A stretch of 63,819 nucleotides of DNA, the filler included, from Lenisia limosa (taxonomy: Eukaryota; Protista; Breviatea): assembly GCA_001655205.1 (NCBI GenBank). It is 15 parts of 15 records of this genome, joined end to end, with 100 filler letters (N's around TTAATTAATTAA, not from the genome) between each part and the next. Parts side by side here need not be neighbours in the genome. Positions count along the whole stretch, not along the records: positions 45,485 to 54,318 come from LPNZ01008131.1; positions 54,419 to 61,313 come from LPNZ01002079.1; positions 61,414 to 63,819 come from LPNZ01008398.1; 12 more parts are not named here. One strand, 5' to 3'. Positions within the stretch are counted from its first letter, which is position 1; every line of letters begins with the position of its first letter. Both the position numbers and the translations under genes were made by a program. Shown piece after piece: positions 50,801 to 61,419 of this stretch. Below the pieces are notes generated by a model. The model made no database searches, had not been told where the DNA came from, and was given only the letters and a program-made list of their open reading frames with translations.

Positions 50801-53800
50801 GTGATGAAATCGCATGAATGAAGTCCTATTGGAGGGATGTAAAGGGCGAATGCTTGGTTTCAGCTATATCAATGACCAACCTGGAAGGATTGGTGGTTGT
50901 CTTCCATTGTGGTTGGAGGAGAGTTCTACAAGAAAGAGGTGGCAAGAGCAGAGGCAGCTAAGAAAGGAAAGGCAAGGCCAAATATTCGAAAGACAGGTGT
51001 GAAAGAAGTTGAAGTTTTTTCGTGTATTTCTTGTGCCCATCAAATATACAGATATTTTCCCCCCCGAAAATATCCCCAAATGTATATTTTTTAAAAAACG
51101 AGGTATATCAGCTACACAACGCCGTTTCAAAAATGAATATAATAGGCTTTTAAATAGAAAAAAAACTTCATTCCAAACATTATTAGGTTGACTGACTGTT
51201 TGATATATATAAAGGCTACCGGCCATAAACCCCGTCATTAATTCGTTTTTCATGTTTTTGGGGGTTATTCCTCCTTTTTTCGGTTGAACAACCATGTATT
51301 ATTAATTATAGCCAACGCCAGTGCCACTTTACAAAATAAATAAGTGGACTTTTATGCTGAAATCATAGAAAGAAAGAAACAGTCCAAGAAATGGTGATTT
51401 TTATTCATTATTCAGATTTTTTTTGACTGGCCCAGATCATCAAAAATGGCAAATCTCGGAAAAGGAACCATCAAAAACACATTTTTGAAGATTTTTTTTT
51501 TTACCCGGGTACCTCTGAAATCTACCCGGGGGTATTTCAGCTATAATTTTTTGTTTTCCCTTCCTTTTATTTGNNNNNNNNNNAATTGGAATTACTGGCT
51601 CTCAACAACGGAAAACAAAAGGTATGAGTTGTGTATAGTTGGAACATTGATTTTGGACAATATATGGTGTGTTATAACAGTAAAGATTATTTGTTTTTAC
51701 CCGGGTACCGGGGTACCTATTTAATTTTTAAAAAATTTACTTCCCCGCCCCCTTGGTTTTTAACCACGCCCCTCTCATTTGTTGCTTAATATATTACTGC
51801 AGAAATTTACCCTATAAAAAATAAGCCATATCGGATATAGCGCAATGCGGGGAAGCAGATTTATTTTTACCCGGGTTCCGGGGCTCCTATTTAATTTTTT
51901 TAATTTTTTTTCTTCCCCCCCGTGGCTTTTCAAACCACGCCCCCTTCATTTTTGGCTTAATATATTATTATAGAAATTTACCCAATAAAAAATAAGCTTT
52001 TTCGCGAATAGCTTGGATGTGTGTTTTTTTAGTGCCCCCACACTGGGCTCTTATAATTATCCCACTCGTCTAATTTCTGTAATATGGCTTTAATATTGGC
52101 TCTGTTAGGCCGTTTTTTACCCGTTTAGAGAGGAAGACCACACAAGTCCAACTTTTATGAAGACAAGCTCAGGGAAATGGATGTAGAGAGTGGTAATTGG
52201 AAGGAATACCTCTCTCCCCAAAAGAGATTGAAACCTATGTTGACATTGCAGCCACTGATTATTTGAATTTATTACCGGATTCTCCATATGGACTTTCATC
52301 TTTCTTGGTTTTTCCAACACACAGAAGAAGAACACTCAGAATGTATCAAAGGGGCCGTGTCTGTTTTTGTGGCTCTGTCTCGAAGACATCCAGGTATAAT
52401 TGGAGATTTACCACTGATATCACAAGCTGTTTCCTCAGGTCTCGAAGAGGAAGTATCATCTGAAATATTGGAAATATCTACCCAGGTTATTTCTTGTGGT
52501 GCTATAACAGATGTCGTCAAAGACCCACTTTCCTTTGTCCGAATCAAGCCGAGACAAAGGGCAGTGGTACGGCCAGGTGAGCGATTGCTTTTATAAACTG
52601 TTATTACGTCCGTGTATCTTATTTCTTAGGTCGTTGCTAATATTGACGAATTGAAGGTAAAACCTGTGAGAAATTCAAAAATATCGACTAAAACAGGCGC
52701 CTTTATAAATCAAGCCACCTGTATGGATGTTGGAGGTCTGAACAAGTTGTCTGAAAACTGAAAACAAAAAATAAAAGGAACGAAGCTCCAAAAGCCTCAA
52801 AAAAACCGCGCAAAAAGTAGTATTGGTAGTTTCTGTGTTAATATGTTGTAAAATAGTGACACTGATTGATGTATTTTCTGCTACTTTGTCCAAATAGGAT
52901 GTTGCAATTTAGTATTGGTGCTTCTTGGGATTATTTAACAGCAATAAAGAACAGTAAATACAAAAAAGGAGGAATAACCCCCAAAAACATGAAAAACGAA
53001 TTAATGACGGGAAAATGATTTAATGACGGGGTTTATGGCCGGTAGCATAGGTTGGTGTTTAAAACCGCGAACATGATTAAAACCGCGAACAAGCCAAAAA
53101 TCAACATAAATCACTTCAATAACACCGTTTTTAGTGTGAAATTCGGCAGTTTTGAGTACTAGANNNNNNNNNNNNNNNNNNNNNNNNNNNNNNNNNNNNN
53201 NNNNNNNNNNNNNNNNNNNNNNNNNNNNNNNNNNNNNNNNNNNNNNNNNNNNNNNNNNNNNNNNNNNNNNNNNNNNNNNNNNNNNNNNNNNNNNNNNNNN
53301 NNNNNNNNNNNNNNNNNNNNNNNNNNNNNNNNNNNNNNNNNNNNNNNNNNNNNNNNNNNNNNNNNNNNNNNNNNNNNNNNNNNNNNNNNNNNNNNNNNNN
53401 NNNTTGAAGTCCATTTTTGGAGAAAATGTAGTGATTTTGAAGTATTTAAGTCAACTTTTGTGACGGCTTGTTCAGTCTCAATCATGGATCCATTGGACAA
53501 AATAGACGTCTGATTAAAGTATATGCTGCGTCAACAACCCATTTACCGTTCTGGAACGGCACAAAAGGTAAGAGTCAAATTCGCTTGATTTATTAACATC
53601 TTCTATCATTTTTCACCCATTTATGGGTAATTTATGCTCATTTTTTGCCCAATTTATCTCGTATTACTCAAGAGTGGAAAAAAAAATCAAATCTGATGGA
53701 GAACGTCTTCACTTTATCGCAGGGGCATTCTAGGCCAATAAGTTTTTAATGTATTTCGCATGAAAAATTGAAGTACCATAAAGGTGGTATTTTGCATGTA

Positions 53801-54318
53801 TGAATAAAACCCTGTATAAAGGAGTGTTTCGGGCGATAATTGGCAAAAAATGCGAAAGAGGCGTAAATAAGGAGCATATTGGCTCAAAAATTGAAAGAAA
53901 AGCCTCCTTTTTGTTCGCGGTTTTAAATACTCAACTATACTATGTAAACAAAAAGTTCCATAATGAAAACTAAACAAACCTGTTCACTATAAAAGAATTC
54001 TAATTCAAAAAAACTTAACACTCCATCACCATCAAGATCAGCGACTTTAAACCAATACTTAATAAGACAATGAAAATATACTTTCAGTGAAGTTTCACTT
54101 GATTTATCTTCTTCACTTAATAAAAACCAGACAAAGTCTCTATATGTCATCATAGAGTCTGACGACCCAGACTAAAAAGTTAGATTTTCAGTCCTTATTG
54201 GAGGTTTGATGAAACAAAGATACAATGTGTAGATTTTAAAAAATAACACCTCCGAATAACTGGTATTTAACAAAACAAAACTCCAATCACGAGAGGTTGC
54301 GGCCGTTCAAAATTCTGG
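47849..54318 (-). CDS. PPP2R3: Protein phosphatase 2A regulatory subunit B'' (PR72/PR130 family), 3' half. Exons 54318-54291, 54171-54082, 54057-53980, 48257-48163, 48140-48068, 48045-47918, 47895-47849
   Basis: Spliced product: ...[23 protein letters not shown]|[26 protein letters not shown]|[32 protein letters not shown]|[24 protein letters not shown]|[10 protein letters not shown]...[24 protein letters not shown]|[15 protein letters not shown]. This is colinear with B'' motifs (FVWFLxSEEDK, YWFxxxDxDGDG EF-hand, CQMLDxxxP, LxxLxRC, SDWxxFAxxxY, terminal EAPF). Confidence 0.93.
48590..49035 (-). CDS. Coding-like exons inside the long PP2A B'' intron, product unknown
   Basis: Open exon [55 protein letters not shown], and an upstream exon [17 protein letters not shown] with coding-like codons. 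Confidence 0.35.
49454..51000 (+). pseudogene. Intron-containing, degenerate DDE transposase-like gene (Kolobok/Mutator-like, DGRxDSPG type)
   Basis: Spliced ...[47 protein letters not shown]|[31 protein letters not shown], then frameshifted [32 protein letters not shown] and NT.IESANAV. These resemble, from memory, the LxGDGRxDSPG, TYTxMDxxxxKIL, HxxNxH and TSxLE blocks. Confidence 0.4.
51690..52015. repeat. About 165-bp diverged tandem duplication with cccgggtacc motifs
   Basis: Two units starting tttttacccgggt(a/t)ccgggg at about 51695 and 51863. Related cccgggtacc micro-repeats at 21368-21442 and 51500-51535. Confidence 0.8.
52133..52761 (+). CDS. Uncharacterised protein (paralog B of the gene at 1-546)
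   Basis: ...REMDVES|[24 protein letters not shown]...[19 protein letters not shown]...|[43 protein letters not shown] aligns by eye to paralog A (GPITDMVKRPLSFVHVEP...TETCLRVGGEAKLAEN). Confidence 0.7.
53050..53935. mobile_element. TIR element family D (TA|GGTTGGTGTTTAAAACCGCGAAC...GTTCGCGGTTTTAAATACTCAAC|TA), spans an N gap
   Basis: Both ends are visible with TA flanks. About 110 bp of the left arm matches 12520-12632 in reverse complement. Further end-like motifs at about 12340 and 48365. Confidence 0.75.
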
Positions 54319-54609
54319 NNNNNNNNNNNNNNNNNNNNNNNNNNNNNNNNNNNNNNNNNNNNTTAATTAATTAANNNNNNNNNNNNNNNNNNNNNNNNNN
54401 NNNNNNNNNNNNNNNNNNTGATACAGAACGAACAAACGTGTGAATACACACTGACAAACAATCACTCAGTTGTTTGCTGTTTTCGAGTTACTTTTAGCGT
54501 TTTATTTTCCCAAAATACAACCTACCGAGCTACAGAGTACCATTACGATGTAAAACCCACACTATCTGTTCTTATTTTGTATTAAATAAATCCATATTCC
54601 GATCCACAG

Positions 54610-57600
54610 CATGGCAATAGACAGTTACGAAGACCCTCGGCCCTCAACTCCACACAGAGGTAAGTAGAGTTCCTAAGACCGTAGTACCCCCCCGCATGCA
54701 TGGTCAGGTCAACCAAACAGCTTCTCTTATCTCCGCATCTTCACATTGTGTTTACACTTGTTAGAGAGGCGTGAGCGTCACCCTTCATCGCGTCCCATGA
54801 GCGCCTCCCACCGCCCACATTCCTCTCCGGCTGGTGGAAGAAGACCGCAATCGGCCAGGCTCAGAGGTGCGTCTTCGTGGCTTGGTGCTATTCACTTTCT
54901 CACTAAGCTTCAAGGAGGATTGCCAGACCCTCGAGACTTTATGGGAAATTCAAATCCAAATGAGAGCATCATGCTTACGGAAAGGTTTGGGGAGTGCTGT
55001 GTGAATTCTGTATAAATACAAAGTGCTGGCACCAGCTTCAGGGCAAAAATGCTTTTTTAAAAAAGAGTACTCTTTCTCCATGAAGCCCTTGTTGTCTTCT
55101 AGATACCATTGGCTTTCATTTCCATCCCCCCCNNNNNNNNNNNNNNNNNNNNNNNNNNNNNNNNNNNNNNNNNNNNNNNNNNNNNNNNNNNNNNNNNNNN
55201 NNNNNNNNNNNNNNNNNNNNNNNNNNNNNNNNNNNNNNNNNNNNNNNNNNNNNNNNNNNNNNNNNNNNNNNNNNNNNNNNNNNNNNNNNNNNNNNNNNNN
55301 NNNNNNNNNNNNNNNNNNNNNNNNNNNTTTTTGTTTCATAATTTTTTTCCAATTTTACTACCCACGCAGACGATCCCGTGCGATCTCAGAGTCCGAGTCT
55401 GATGAAGATATTGCGGCAGCACGAGAGGTACGGAAGTCAGCTCGACCCTCTACTACTCAGAGCTCTTACGGACTTAATACGAGGTTGCAAGGGTTTCCTT
55501 GATATCTTAGGTTTTTCATACATATTCCCGTTTGAATCTAATCGAGGCGTAGGAAGGACCCATAAGCTTTGTTTTTTTTGTTTCCTGTCAACCCTTTGTG
55601 TGTTAAGAAAATCTCATTTTACAATTTTCATTCAGGACATTTCCTTAATTTTGCTTGTTTCATAATTACAATAGTTACCCCCCTCCCCCTTGATCATGTT
55701 GCCCTTTTGTTGGTGGTTGCTCCTTGTGTTGTTGTCTACTACTCTCTTCCCCTTCTCTATTCCGCCCGGATCCTTAACTTGGTTGTATCATAAACTCTTT
55801 TCCTCAACGTCGGACTGGCTAGAACAAGTGGTAATTTCGTTCGTACCTGTAGTGTCTACCTTTCTGATGGCAGGTTGAGTTGGAAAATTGCGATATTATG
55901 ACGTTGTAATAATCGGATTTGTTTACATCTCCTTTATTATTACTAACCCCCTAGATATGCTATCCTTGACTCAGACTCCGACGATTGGGGCCGACAAGCC
56001 GTTCGGCCGCGGAGGGGGCGATCTGGTCACAATGAGTCAAGCCTCTCTATGTACTATGATATTGAAGACTCTTCTGGAGTATGTGGATGGCCAATCGTAG
56101 CTACCTGGGAGAGGGAGGGTATCAGAAAACTATCAATACCCTAACTTTGTTATTTTGCTAGCAAGAAGACTGGAGAGATTTGCCCCACATTTATCCCATT
56201 TTTTCAATTCAATGACACTTTCAGGCAGCGATGTCTCCGAACACTTTCATGGAAAAAAGACCAAAATCAAAGTAAGGGAACTTGACATGTAATTTTTTCA
56301 TTGTTTTAGCGCAATCAATTCTGTCCATATGATATACTGTGATAATGAGAGAGCTGTTGTGTGATGATGAGAGAGCTGTTGTGTGATGATGAGATTAGTG
56401 GTGGCGTTGTGCGAAGTATAAACAGAATCACTTACACTCCCCTTACCCCCCTCTCAGAAGAAAGCGCAAAGAGCAGGCCCTCAATGCACTTGAACAAGGG
56501 TGGAACTCGCGACCTGTCCAACCGTCTCTCACTGATGCTCCTTCTCCCTCAGAACTTCGCCTTTACCAGGCGCAGCTTGCGGTGGGTTTGTGATGGGTCG
56601 TGATATTTAAGTTTTTTTATAGCCTGCTGGTTGCATATTGTGTCGGTCCGTAGTTGATAAGTAAATCGCTCTTGAGACAATCTCTCTTTTTGAATTGAGA
56701 GTTATTCCTCGTGTATAACAAACCGGACAAAAGCAATTCACACTTTAGCAATACGCAGAACCAAGAACCAAAATCCAGAAAAGCGCAAGGCAAAAAGGTT
56801 AGTACCTGGGGTAGTTCAGATTAGGCTTCATCCACCCCCCCCCCCAACGTATAATGCCCTTTCAGTCAGTGCCACACCATCATCACGTCCAATGTCAGCC
56901 TTATCCACACGGCCACAGAGTCAGAACCGTTAGTGGGCTTATTTCCCCCGGTTATGCACCGAGTATTTGTGATGGGTTGATTTTGTGGAATTGATAGCAG
57001 GGAGTGATATTGAGATAGCAGGGAGTTGAATATTTTATTATTTTTAATTTTGTGATCTTTTTTATTAGGCCAACGCACAGACCACTCCACTCTTCAAGGA
57101 TACCAGCCCTCTCCTTACGGACAAGGTGCATGGGTTTTCCTTGTACTTCATTCTCAATATCGCTTCACATTACAATGACTGCAGCTATAGCACTTTTTGG
57201 CATATTTGTTGTCATTATTTTGTGAGCGTCACTGCGCAGGATTGATCTTTTTTTCTTCTTTACTGTAAAGGTTATGTTTCGCCCTACAAACAGAAACCCA
57301 CCAAAAACACCCGACCACCCAAGCCCCCAGGTACTCTTTTGCCTTTTGGTGGATTATCCACTTTGAGCCAATTTTATTTGATAATTCATAATATGGCTCT
57401 AATGTTATGCTTGACAGGCTAGAGGGTTCAGAATTCATGGAATTTAAATCATTTCTCACGTTTGTGCCCCCACACCTATATCGCATATAATTCCAAACCT
57501 TTGCTTACTGCATTAAAGGAGGGAGGAGCTCATCCCCATCAAAATACCATCGGTATGAGGAGGAAGGGACTTTCATTGCATGTCTTTTGTTGTAGTTTTT

Positions 57601-60175
57601 TTTTGTATATTCAGGATGGTTACCCAGCAGAGCACCACCCTCGGAGCGCCGACCAGCCTCAGCCAACATTCGTCCCGCCTCTGCGCGCCAACGCCAAGCC
57701 AACACGCCCGCCTTACCACCACAGGTTTGCTGGAATTTAGATGTGTTTCATAATTCACATCATTTGGACAGTGTTCATGCTGCTGCATTTCACATCATTC
57801 GTGTTGCTGTATGCGTTTTCAACAGCAACTCAATCTTGCTGGACCACATTCATTATGTTTTTTTTCACCAATAGAGTTGATATTTTGATTGATACCTTCC
57901 TATTTCACCCCCCCCCCCAGGGCTCGTCCCCTCAAAGGCGACGACCGACTTCTGCCGGCCCAACACGGGACATTTCAGGCTGGGAGCAGGCTGAGTTAGA
58001 CGACTTATGTGGTGATGATGATAATGATATCAGCATGCTGGTGGGGGGAGAGTGGGGTGTTGTTAGTTTCAAAAGGATGGAGTTTTGGTGCTGACTCAAA
58101 TATTCGATATATTGGTATTTATTTACGGTAATAATAAGTCACGATATGTACATAATATGTAGTACTATGATAGTATGATGTGCATCATACAAAAACCCCC
58201 CATTGCACTCACTGCTCCCAGGTTGCAAGAAAATTAGATCTGGATAAGAGCCCACCCCGGCCACAGAAGACACCCAGCAAGGCTAGGTCAAAATCTCCCC
58301 ATGTTGCAGTTTCTCCTCCTCCCCAGGTCTGACTATTCTATTTGACTGGAGCACTTCTTTTCAAAAGCCTGGAATTTGGACTCATATTCTGAAAATAAAG
58401 TCCACAAGGACTAATGTCCATCAGGTTAACCTGGCTGGCCCCAGTGCCTACGAAAAGAGCGACATTGAAGCAGCCCGATCTGTTGATTGGCGGTTTTTTG
58501 CATCTCGTCTCGTGGAGTTGGACGACCCTTACACGATCGAAACTGAGGTGCTTGGAGACAAAGCCTATATTGGACCGAAAATAGGGGAAGTCTATCTAAA
58601 CAATTTCTGAAGTAACTGGTGTGGCTTTATTTGAATCCAATTTAAAATTTGATAGTTTCAAGGGTTGAAGTGAATAGTAAGGGTTAGTTTCTTCAGTGAG
58701 GATGGAAGGGTTTAATCTGTTTTGGTAATATCGTGTTTTCAAAGCTTTCTCCAAACCATTTGTAACTCCTTTCACCATTTTCCTCCAGGTTATGGAACTT
58801 TATTCTCAAATTGACGACATGGTTACAACCTTTGTTGAAGCCAAAACTATCTTGGCGGTGGGTTTATGATCTCAATATTCACCCCAACTATATGTTGATA
58901 TATCATATATAGTATGTAAATACACTGTAATCATATGTACGTAATATATATCATATATTATATCGATAAGATGATTTTGTTCTCAAATCAGTGCAATTCT
59001 GTGATATTCATATTATTTTGCATTTTCTTGAGACGGCCTTTTTTTATTCGCCAGGAACTGTGGGAGGATTTGAGTTTCCCCAAAAAGCGAAGAGTGGCAT
59101 TCAGAAGGAAGGTTTGTGATGATACTGTTTTGTGTATTATGTAGGAAGTTCTTTGGGTACACTCTTCATTTGTTTTCCTCTCTTTTTTGCCATCTTGGTA
59201 TTAAACACACTCGTATCTACTCATAAGATGATATTAGATCTTTCTTACTATCTTGAATCCCTTTTTTACTGCTATATAGTACCTTGGAAAAGCCACGGAA
59301 GAAAACCTTGAAAAAGTTCTTGCACATGTAATTGGGACTGTTTGTTGAATGGTTGTTATTTCCTACCACCATGGTATAAAGTAATTTACCTACTTATCCA
59401 TTTCCGCACTCATCTTGATTAGATTTCGTCGTTGCTGCGTTTCCGTCGTGCCTCAGTGGCCGTTTTGACTCTCATCGGTGAACGCGAAGACATGTGTGCG
59501 CGCCTCTTCCACGCAAATTCCGACGAAGTTCAATTGATTGGTTGGGGGTGGTGTGAAACTCTATCAGATGAGAGCAATTGAACGTTACAGCAGGCTATTG
59601 TATTCACTGTTAGCCTGTAATTAACCCGTTGTAGAGCAGGCCATTTACCGTCTGACATCAAAGACAATCGCGGCCATTCGAGACTGGCGGGTTTGCGGCG
59701 GGTTCACTCACATCGATCCATAGTTGCAAAAATGATATTATTGGACCTCATCCATACAGATGCACTTCAAGTTTCTTTCCTCCTTCACGTACTACGGACA
59801 AGATTACCTTGCAAAAATGCGAGATGATATTGAGGCGTTGCAACAGGCTGAGGTGTGTAGCAGATGAATCAAAGTGGCCGTTTCTACTTCTGAACATCTA
59901 ACATGTAATTGTGTTTAAGCATAGAAAATGACATCAACATCGCTCACCATCCAGCTTGATAGTAACTACCCCCCCCATGAGAGTGTACACTTTGCAGAGG
60001 AAGGTATGAAGAATGTGTTGCCATTTTTATAGTTATTTTAACCTAATAACACCACACACTGAATTTGATGTCTTAGATGAGAGCCATTCTGAAAATGCGA
60101 GTGAAGTTGAAGGAGAGGAAGAAGAGGAACCCGAAGATGGGGATAATTTTGAAGAAGAGTTGGTCTCAGCCTAAT
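54610..60175 (+). CDS. Long multi-exon gene: low-complexity Arg/Pro/Ser N-terminal region, helical C-terminal region (possibly MAP65/Ase1/PRC1-like) and acidic tail
   Basis: More than 15 splice-bounded exons, e.g. RRERHPSSRPMSASHRP..., VNLAGPSAYEKSDIEAARSVDWRFFASRLVELDDPY, ELWEDLSFPKKRRVAFRRK and FTYYGQDYLAKMRDDIEALQQAE, ending ...EEELVSA*. The family call is weak. Confidence 0.55.
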
Positions 60176-60329
60176 ATGTTGTAGTTTATTATGTCTATAT
60201 ATCGATATACTAGTTATTATGATTTATGGATTGTCTTCTCCCCAATGAAATAAACATACATAGTATATGTATTTAGCATACTATATAGGACAGGAGGATC
60301 ATGGCACATGAAACTGCCCTAATTACAGT

Positions 60330-61215
60330 TCACGTAATAGGACGGGAGGGTAGAGTTGCTTGGGTCCGAGTAGAACTCCGGAGAGCCACGGTATTCAACT
60401 GTAGAGCCCCATCCATGGAAGGCTGAGAAAAACTGGGCGATGGTAAACAAATTCTTTGGTCAATTAAATTTACTATTACAAGTCACGTAAGCTGCAGGGA
60501 AAAAGAAGGGAAGGGGGGAGGGGGCAAAGCAACAACACTCCAACACCCCTCGTACGTTATCACTAATTCTAGCGTTCCTGAACTTCATCGCAGCATCACC
60601 ACCATTGGCAAGGGTCATACGGTCTTCTTCCGTTAGTGATCCACTGAATCCATTGGCCTGGCGAGATAGTCAGTCGAAATATGCCGGAGTAGAGCAGCCC
60701 AATGTATTGATCAATGCCTAACTCTAGTTTAGCCCGAAATATTTCACACTTTGTTCGTTTGCAGTGCTTCATAATATTAGGTAAGCCAGCCCACCCAGTA
60801 GAACTTCTCAGTTTGTCTGTAACCCTCGGTGTGTACTCCAGAGGACACCATATGACTGCCAAACGTCCATGACTACACAGTAGGTAGTTGTCGTAAAAAA
60901 ACACATTGTCATGTAATGAACCAAGCTCTGTAGGTAAGTAATACTTAAACAGTGTAGAGTAGGTAGCAGAGGGGAAGAAAAATTAAGTCGAGTACAGGGG
61001 AGAGATTCAGTTTCAGGCAGTCAAACCTCTCAAGATTTTCCAACTATAATTGACCGAAGAAAAAGAGAGAACACCCACCGAAGGCTTCACGTTGTAGGTA
61101 TAGCCAACGAATGCAGCGTCAAAGGTTCCGTTGATGTAAATGTTCGAGGTTCCCGTGGCTTGAATGTATTCAAAAACAAGGTGCGTTAACCCGTTTTCCG
61201 CTGCTTTGATAAGAG
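60330..61215 (-). CDS. 3' part of a protein with a LamG/concanavalin-A-like domain
   Basis: GLTHLVFEYIQATGTSNIYINGTFDAAF ... SWTFGSH...EKFYW|ANGFSGSL...FRNARISDNVR|AFHGWALQLN follows the LamG pattern (THLxxxY, IYxNG, FxGxL). Confidence 0.55.
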
Positions 61216-61419
61216 GGGAATGCAAATATATGTATGTATGGTGGGTGCAACAAACTTTTCCAATCAAAGATCAATAGGATAAAAATAAAAAGATGAAAAT
61301 GATGGAGTAGTGANNNNNNNNNNNNNNNNNNNNNNNNNNNNNNNNNNNNNNNNNNNNTTAATTAATTAANNNNNNNNNNNNNNNNNNNNNNNNNNNNNNN
61401 NNNNNNNNNNNNNGCCTTC

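Noticed and set aside
52239-52265. 27-nt GT..TG intron candidates in paralog B and at about 13100-13127
   Set aside because: Canonical longer introns explain both and, for paralog B, give a better alignment to paralog A. Not counted as support for TG acceptors.
52264-52266. UGA-to-Trp recoding, suggested by in-frame TGA codons at about 13115, 43290, 52264 and 60680
   Set aside because: Three of the four are removed by ordinary GT..AG introns (about 13100-13140, 52194-52324, 60660-60805). The conserved Trp codons in PP2A B'' are all TGG. The remaining case is not enough evidence.
11339-55502. Many listed ORFs containing long X runs
   Set aside because: They stay open only because N gaps contain no stop codons.
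13502-61369. Regularly recurring TTAATTAATTAA motif that could look like a repeat array or CRISPR
   Set aside because: Always centred in an exact 44N+12+44N block; it is an artificial six-frame-stop linker.
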